DNA of 64,000 bases from an uncultured Bacilli bacterium (lineage in GTDB: Bacteria; Bacillota_I; Bacilli_A; RF39; UBA660). Below, one piece after another: positions 58,197 through 64,000 of the stretch. The stretch is taken from assembly GCA_934101595.1 (NCBI GenBank), contig CAKORR010000001.1:107558-171557 (forward strand). Reading direction: 5' to 3'. Each line of letters opens with the position of its first letter. Positions within the stretch are counted from its first letter, which is position 1. The notes under the pieces were generated by a model, which ran no database searches, was not told the origin of the DNA, and saw nothing but the letters and a program-made list of their open reading frames with translations. Both the position numbers and the translations under genes were made by a program.

Positions 58197-59552
58197 ATGG
58201 ATTATAATATTTTTCGAGCCTATGATATAAGGGGCGTTTATCCTAGTACAATTAATAAGGATGTAAGTTATACCATTGGTAGAGCTTATGGAAGTTACAT
58301 CAGAGAAAAACTTGGTAAAACATTTTGTGTGGTATCCCATGACAATAGATTAAGTAGTGAAGAATTATCTAGCTTTTTAATTAAAGGCATAACTGAAAGT
58401 GGATGTAATGTTATAAATTATGGATTAACTACAACTCCTATGAATTATTATGCTAGATATTTAAACAATTCTTTAGGAATAATGGTAACGGCTAGTCATA
58501 ATCCCAAAGATGATAATGGATTTAAGTTTTCTTTTGATAACTTAGCTAATGCTCGTGGCGAAATGATAACTGATTTTAAAAATTATGTTATGGCTGGCAA
58601 GTTTTTAAGCGGAACTGGCTCTGTTACTAATAATGATATGGTAAATAAATATATCGAGTATTTTAAAAATGGTATTTCAATGGGTCCTAATAGAAGAAAA
58701 GTCATTATCGATTGTGGAAATGGTGTTACATGTACTGTAGCAAGGAAAATCCATGAAAATTTTAATATTGATTTTGAAGTTATTTGTGAAGAAAATGATG
58801 GTAGTTTTCCTAACCACCACCCTGATCCAAACGTTGAAGAAAATCTAAGTATGTTAAAGAAAAAAGTTTTGGAAACAAAAGCAGATATTGGCATTGCTTA
58901 TGATGGTGACGGCGATCGTGTCGGAATAATAGATAATGAAGGAAAATATGTTACAACTGAAGAATACATGATTTTAATAATCAGAGATATTATTAATAAG
59001 GTCAAAAATAAAACATTTTTATATGATGTAAAATGCTCAAAATCCCTAGAAGATGAAATTTTAAGACTAGGTGGTACACCTTTTTGTTATCGTACTGGAG
59101 CAAGCTATACCCAAGCTAAAACTAAAATGGATAACTTAGCCTTTGGTGGTGAGTACTCAGGTCATATTTATTTTAGAGATCGTGTTAATGATATTAATAG
59201 TGGTATTTATGCGGGATTAAGACTTGTCGAGATATTATCAAAAACATCAGATAAATTAAGTGATATGACTAAAAACATTCCTAAATATTATCATACTCCT
59301 GAACTAAGAATTCCCGTAAGTGATGATAAAAAATTTATGGTAGTAGAAAAAATAAAAGAATACGCTAAAAGCGTTAACTTCCAAATAAATGATATAGATG
59401 GCGTTAGAATTAATTTTTCTAATGGTTGGGCTTTAATAAGAGCAAGTAATACGGGTCCAAATCTTACTGTTAGAGTTGAAGCTAATGATAATGATTCAAT
59501 GGTTAGATTAAAGGAATTTGTATTAAAGTTAATCGATACATATAGTAAATAA
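58197..59552 (+). CDS. phosphomannomutase/phosphoglucomutase-family phosphohexomutase
   Basis: Start set at MDYNIFRAYDIRGVY (ATG 58197-58199; the track ORF starts at 58122). Active-site TASHNP and GEYSGH. Confidence 0.8.
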   Translation: MDYNIFRAYDIRGVYPSTINKDVSYTIGRAYGSYIREKLGKTFCVVSHDNRLSSEELSSFLIKGITESGCNVINYGLTTTPMNYYARYLNNSLGIMVTASHNPKDDNGFKFSFDNLANARGEMITDFKNYVMAGKFLSGTGSVTNNDMVNKYIEYFKNGISMGPNRRKVIIDCGNGVTCTVARKIHENFNIDFEVICEENDGSFPNHHPDPNVEENLSMLKKKVLETKADIGIAYDGDGDRVGIIDNEGKYVTTEEYMILIIRDIINKVKNKTFLYDVKCSKSLEDEILRLGGTPFCYRTGASYTQAKTKMDNLAFGGEYSGHIYFRDRVNDINSGIYAGLRLVEILSKTSDKLSDMTKNIPKYYHTPELRIPVSDDKKFMVVEKIKEYAKSVNFQINDIDGVRINFSNGWALIRASNTGPNLTVRVEANDNDSMVRLKEFVLKLIDTYSK

Positions 59553-59582
59553 AAAAGATTTCGTTTGAAATCTTTTTTTATT

Positions 59583-61334
59583 TTATAAATATCTCATTAA
59601 TATGAAAATTAATAATAAACATAACAACATACCTAAAGCAAATTTCCAGATATATTTTATGTAGTCTTTATAATCAACATCAGTATAAGTTAATCCAGCA
59701 ACCAAAATAATACTTGTTGGAGCAATGAATGCTACAAACCCAAACATAGCAACAAATATAAATACTATTAGATTAATATTAGCTCCAAATGCTTGCAACA
59801 TATATCCAGATGTAGTGTATCCAGTATAAACCATATCGTTATGGAAAATATGAGTAATAAATGCAGCAAGTGTTGTTTTAGCTATACTAAAATCAGTATC
59901 TACATTAACATTTGGATATCCATCTTGATCAGAATCATAATTTAATGTTGATGTATTACTACTTTTACTATATGTTTTTTCGATTGTTTCATCAGCTTCG
60001 GTAATCTTGCCATCGCCATCAAAATCTAGATAAGCATCAGGCCATCCATCTCCGTCAGTGTCACAATTAATTGTACATGACTTATTTTTAGTAGCATCAT
60101 TAACTAAGTTAAAATCTGCTTTTTGATCGTTGTCTTTATCTAAGTTAAAGAACGCTATTCCACTACCCTTATAATCTATATTAATATCAGGACGTCCATC
60201 AGTTTTAATTAAATTATGAGTAATAGTGCTCATCATTGGTGAAAAATAGAAAATTATGTATACTGAATAAGCGGCTACTACTAAAAGACTAACTTTTCCC
60301 ATCTTTTTAAGTCCATTTAAAGCAGCATCTTTAAATTTAGTGAAATCAATTCTATAAATTATTATTAATAATAAACTAAATACTAAAAGTAATGCATCTA
60401 AACTATAAAGATTAAATTTTGCATAATCACTTAATTGATTTCCGAATGGTGCTAATGAACTACCTAAAATGCTGGCAATCAATTTAAAATCATTCTTACC
60501 AATTGAAAGCGAAGTTAACCATTCATGGAAACTATTAAAGGTTGTTATACCAAAATTTCCATTCCAATCTATTATTCCTAAAACCGTAATAACTAAGATA
60601 ATAGCCATTAACACAATTAGAGGAATATAGCTTTCTTTACTCTTTTTACTTTCAACTTCGAATACATCATTTTTAGATTCATTTACATTTTTCTTTAAAA
60701 CATTCTTGATATGAATTATTGTAAAGAAATTAAATAAAATTAATGATACAACTAGAACTAATACTCTGTACCAAACATCTATTTTCATGAAATTTAGAGT
60801 TGATTGTTGAGTAATATAACTATTTAACCAATAAAAACCATCTGTACCAAATGTTGCTCCTAATGTTCCAACTAATATCGATCCAAAAGTTACCATAAAT
60901 GCCGTCATCTTATCCATTTTAGCATTCAAGATAATACTTATGATAAATGGAACAAATACTAATACTCCAAATGAAGTAAAACTAAATGATGTTAATACAG
61001 CAATAAGTACTGATGATATAACTGCAAATAATATTTCCTTTCCTTTTATTTTATTAGCTATTTTTAAGACTAAATTATTATAAGCAGGAATTTTTTGTAA
61101 TATTCCATAGAATACACCCAAAACAAGTAAGAACAATACTTTATCTATACTCATGTAAATCATAAAATAAAGTAAGTTTCCTAAATCTGCTAAACCAAGT
61201 CTAACTTTTTCTCCAGCAACATATTCTGCTCCATTAAATGATCCGGTCGGAACAATCCATGTTAGAACAAATGCTAGAACAAAAAATATAGCTAATAATT
61301 TACCTAAACTATGTTTTTCAAAAAACTTTTTCAT
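59583..61334 (-). CDS. YfcC-family polytopic membrane transporter with inserted acidic Ca-binding-type D-x-D-x-D-G repeats
   Basis: 583 aa. N-terminus ...AIFFVLAFVLTWIVPTGSFNGAEY matches YfcC (…FFV…TWVVPVGMF…). An extracytoplasmic insertion has CDTDGDGWPDAYLDFDGDGKITEADE, DSDQDGYPNVNVDTD. Confidence 0.55.
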   Translation of the reverse strand: MKKFFEKHSLGKLLAIFFVLAFVLTWIVPTGSFNGAEYVAGEKVRLGLADLGNLLYFMIYMSIDKVLFLLVLGVFYGILQKIPAYNNLVLKIANKIKGKEILFAVISSVLIAVLTSFSFTSFGVLVFVPFIISIILNAKMDKMTAFMVTFGSILVGTLGATFGTDGFYWLNSYITQQSTLNFMKIDVWYRVLVLVVSLILFNFFTIIHIKNVLKKNVNESKNDVFEVESKKSKESYIPLIVLMAIILVITVLGIIDWNGNFGITTFNSFHEWLTSLSIGKNDFKLIASILGSSLAPFGNQLSDYAKFNLYSLDALLLVFSLLLIIIYRIDFTKFKDAALNGLKKMGKVSLLVVAAYSVYIIFYFSPMMSTITHNLIKTDGRPDINIDYKGSGIAFFNLDKDNDQKADFNLVNDATKNKSCTINCDTDGDGWPDAYLDFDGDGKITEADETIEKTYSKSSNTSTLNYDSDQDGYPNVNVDTDFSIAKTTLAAFITHIFHNDMVYTGYTTSGYMLQAFGANINLIVFIFVAMFGFVAFIAPTSIILVAGLTYTDVDYKDYIKYIWKFALGMLLCLLLIFILMRYL

Positions 61335-61430
61335 ATAATACCTCCCTGTTTTTTAGTATATCACTATAAATTGGCAAAAAAAAGACTTTTATGTCGATTT
61401 TCTATGAAAAAATCTTCACAAAAGTACTTA

Positions 61431-62915
61431 TTATTCATTTGGTTTCATTATTGGGAATAAGACTACATCCCTTATTGATGGTACATCATAAATAAGCATC
61501 ATTAAGCGATCAATACCAAATCCCAAACCTGATATTGGAGGCATTCCTTGTTCCATAGCAAGCAAGAAATCTTCATCCATATCCATTGTTTCTTCGTCTC
61601 CTTGAGCTTTTGCTCTTAATTGGCCTTCAAAGGCATCTCTTTGTTCTATTGGATTAACAAGTTCTGAATAAGCCTTACATAATTCAGTACCAGCAGCTAC
61701 AACTTGGAAAACATCGATACGACGTTTGTCATTATCATTTCTTCTAGCAAGTGGTATTAACACTGCTGGATAGTTATAAATGATTGTTGGTTGAACTATA
61801 TTTACCCTAATTTTCTTTTTATAAACAAAATCTATAATTTGACTTACTGACTTATAATCTTCTAGATCTTGATATGTGAATAACCCTTGACTAACAATTT
61901 TTTCCTTTAAAATATCTGGCTCTGTAATATCTAAAAAGTCAAATCCCAAAACTTTAGTTAATTCTTCACAATAATTTATTCTATCCCAGTTTTCTTTAGA
62001 AAAATCAAGCTCAACATCATGATATTTGATTATATTAGTATTAACTAGTTCCATTAATAAAGCTTTAATAAATCCTGTATAAAATTTTATATTATCTTCA
62101 AAATCCCAATATGAAGCATACCACTCAACTTGAGTAAATTCCTGTAAATGTTCCGAATCCATACCTTCATTGCGAAAACATTTAGCAACTTCATATACTT
62201 TATCAAAGCCACCAGCTATACACTGTTTCAAGAATATTTCTGGAGCAATACGTAAGTTACAATCCAAATCAAGAGCGTTGTGATGCGTATAAAAAGGTTT
62301 AGCGGCAGCACCACATACCGATGTTTGAATTATTGGTGTTTCTACTTGTAAAAAGCCATGCTCTGCTAAATATTTATGTAAAAACATATAAAACTTACTA
62401 CGTCCCAAAAATACTTTACGTGATTGCTCATTAGTTATTAAATCAACATATCTTTGACGATATTTAACTTCTGTATCAACAAGTCCATGGAATTTTTCTG
62501 GTAATGGACGAAGAGCCTTTCCTAAAAATTCAAAAGTATGTACTCTTAAGGTTTTTTCTCCAGTTTGGGTTGTAAATATTTCTCCTGTAGCTCCAATAAA
62601 ATCACCAGTATCAATATATTTTTTAAAGAAATCATATTTATCTAATCCTACTGTGTCAACTTTAAACTCAAGTTGCATGTCTGCTTCTAAATCACGAATT
62701 CTTACAAAGCTTAATTTTCCCATCTTACGCATAAAAATAATTCTTCCAGCTATACTAACGTCTGTAGTTTCATCATCCAAATTCTTAGCATCTTTTAAAG
62801 CGTGAGTTTTTATAAATTTCTCAGGATAAGGATTAACAATTTTACTAATTTCCTCTAATTTGTTTCTTCTAACAATCTCTTGTTCTGAATATTCTCTCAT
62901 AAATCTCAACTCCAT
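61431..62915 (-). CDS. lysS: lysine--tRNA ligase (class II)
   Basis: 494 aa with an N-terminal OB anticodon-binding domain and class II motifs (...FRNEGMD..., ...GLGFGIDRLMMLI...). Confidence 0.9.
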   Translation of the reverse strand: MELRFMREYSEQEIVRRNKLEEISKIVNPYPEKFIKTHALKDAKNLDDETTDVSIAGRIIFMRKMGKLSFVRIRDLEADMQLEFKVDTVGLDKYDFFKKYIDTGDFIGATGEIFTTQTGEKTLRVHTFEFLGKALRPLPEKFHGLVDTEVKYRQRYVDLITNEQSRKVFLGRSKFYMFLHKYLAEHGFLQVETPIIQTSVCGAAAKPFYTHHNALDLDCNLRIAPEIFLKQCIAGGFDKVYEVAKCFRNEGMDSEHLQEFTQVEWYASYWDFEDNIKFYTGFIKALLMELVNTNIIKYHDVELDFSKENWDRINYCEELTKVLGFDFLDITEPDILKEKIVSQGLFTYQDLEDYKSVSQIIDFVYKKKIRVNIVQPTIIYNYPAVLIPLARRNDNDKRRIDVFQVVAAGTELCKAYSELVNPIEQRDAFEGQLRAKAQGDEETMDMDEDFLLAMEQGMPPISGLGFGIDRLMMLIYDVPSIRDVVLFPIMKPNE

Positions 62916-62929
62916 ATTTGTATGATAAC

Positions 62930-62956
62930 ATAAAAAAAGCCTTAAATAAAGGCTTA
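62930..62956 (-). terminator. intrinsic terminator overlapping the stop codon of the 62954-63517 gene
   Basis: Minus-strand hairpin AAGCCTT-TATTT-AAGGCTT followed by TTTTTTT. Confidence 0.5.
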
Positions 62957-63517
62957 AATTTTATACATCTTAGTTTTTTTTCTACTAGTTGCTAGTACTG
63001 TTACAACACCAGCTGATCCTAATGCTAAAGCTACATATGGAATGGCATATCCAGTTTCAGCACCACCACCTGATGATCCGCCACCTTTTGTATCTTCACC
63101 AACTTGTTTAAATCCTAATGAACAATCTTCACCATTATTCTCAGCAAGAATTGTAAATTCACCAAGTATAATAGATTCTCCAGCATTTACATCATCAAAA
63201 CTTACACTAATTTGATCAGCGTTACCATTATCTTTTTGAGTAACACTTGGGCTATTAGGTTTAAACTCATAAGATTTTACACCAGTACCCTTTTTAGTAA
63301 CTTGAACAGTTAAAGTTGTGCCCTTAAATGTTTCCGTACTTGTATTTTTTGCAGTCCATGTACATGTTACAGTTTTAGTTTTATTAGCTACATCAATCTT
63401 AGGATTTTTGTTATCACAATCAATAGAACTAAAATCAAGTTTTGCTGCTGCTGAAACACTTATTGGAAGTATAACTAGTGTAAATAACATGCAAAGACTA
63501 AAAAGAATTTTTTTCAT
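62954..63517 (-). CDS. secreted protein with a C-terminal Gly-rich / hydrophobic / basic tripartite anchor
   Basis: 187 aa with signal peptide ...ISVSAAAK, a T/K-rich beta domain, then ...TKGGGSSGGGAETG + YAIPYVALALGSAGVVTVLA + TSRKKTKMYKI. Confidence 0.5.
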   Translation of the reverse strand: MKKILFSLCMLFTLVILPISVSAAAKLDFSSIDCDNKNPKIDVANKTKTVTCTWTAKNTSTETFKGTTLTVQVTKKGTGVKSYEFKPNSPSVTQKDNGNADQISVSFDDVNAGESIILGEFTILAENNGEDCSLGFKQVGEDTKGGGSSGGGAETGYAIPYVALALGSAGVVTVLATSRKKTKMYKI

Positions 63518-63660
63518 ATTAACCTCTCTCTTTCTTCTACCTTTATTATGACTTAATTATAACATAAAAATACAAAATTCAAACTGTTTTTTATTTTTTT
63601 CGATATTTTATTTTAAAAAATGTAAAGTTATGGTATACTAATTTACAGTAGGTGTTTCAA

Positions 63661-64000
63661 ATGAAAAAAGTATTAATTTCTATAAAAAAGAATTATTTAG
63701 CCTTCTCTTATCGTAAAAACACTAATAGTGAGCAAAAAAAAATTTTAAACACCAATATTATTAGTGACAACGAACTAATATTTTCAGAAGACTATATATT
63801 AAATAATCCTAAAATAGTATCTTGCTTTTTAAAAGAAGTATGTGAACAATATAAAATAAGAATTATTTCTTTTCAAAAAAATGATATGTTTGACTTGATT
63901 TTTCCACTTTTTAGTAAAATATCATTTGTAAAAGTTCTATATCTTTTTGAGGAAAAAAGCTTACCCTATTATATATGTGAAGGCGTAATCAAATCTAAGA
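63661..64000 (+). CDS. hypothetical protein, 5' portion (runs off window end)
   Basis: ORF MKKVLISIKKNYLAFSYRKNTNSEQKK... still open at position 64000. No motif recognised. Confidence 0.35.
   Translation, partial: MKKVLISIKKNYLAFSYRKNTNSEQKKILNTNIISDNELIFSEDYILNNPKIVSCFLKEVCEQYKIRIISFQKNDMFDLIFPLFSKISFVKVLYLFEEKSLPYYICEGVIKSK

Noticed and set aside
1-64000. CRISPR arrays, rRNA/tRNA genes, insertion sequences
   Set aside because: - No regularly spaced direct repeats, no rRNA-like conserved blocks, and no cloverleaf candidates were seen in the few intergenic regions longer than 100 nt.
- No transposase or integrase-like ORFs were seen.
- Absence is judged by eye only.

Overview
Window from a very AT-rich endospore-forming Firmicute chromosome. 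Base composition was judged by eye, not computed. Nearly every gene is on the minus strand.

Housekeeping backbone:
- partial rluD, lspA, a ylmC/ymxH-like gene, then sigG-sigE-spoIIGA-ftsZ-ftsA (the tail of the dcw cluster);
- two flavoproteins, a tail-less SSB, sufB, a large TPR protein, gpsA, spoVS, a cyclophilin, recD2;
- spoIVB, xseB-xseA-nusB, mutS, murF, lon, a lemA/TPM-domain pair;
- ileS preceded by an Ile T-box leader, a phosphohexomutase, a YfcC-like transporter, and lysS.

Two accessory systems sit inside this backbone.

1. Four paralogous exported proteins (6574-8109, 34560-36086, 48357-50030, 50131-51951).
- Each carries a TasA/camelysin-like (SipW-type) N-terminal signal with a conserved TYALWQVTK motif and BspA-type leucine-rich repeats at the C-terminus.
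- Two of them are preceded by a conserved promoter cassette. In it, a homopolymeric G tract (11 and 9 nt on the coding strand) lies inside the -35/-10 spacer, giving 19- and 18-nt spacers. This is a textbook slipped-strand phase-variation switch.
- Two copies share a ~0.9 kb near-identical 5' segment, so they are mosaic (gene conversion).

2. Two operons (about 23911-27101 and 36177-41095) encoding small WXG100-type proteins with central W-x-G motifs, plus larger proteins that lack signal peptides.
- The larger proteins have LXG-like helical N-termini fused to peptidoglycan-hydrolase domains: a lytic transglycosylase (SLT), LysM+SLT, and LysM+M23 endopeptidase.
- This looks like orphan type VII secretion (T7SSb) LXG-effector/targeting-factor modules whose cargo is cell-wall degrading.
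- The same SLT module is attached to two different N-termini. One LXG-like gene is truncated at the linker.
- No EssC or other core T7SS genes are present in the window.

No rRNA, tRNA or CRISPR was seen.
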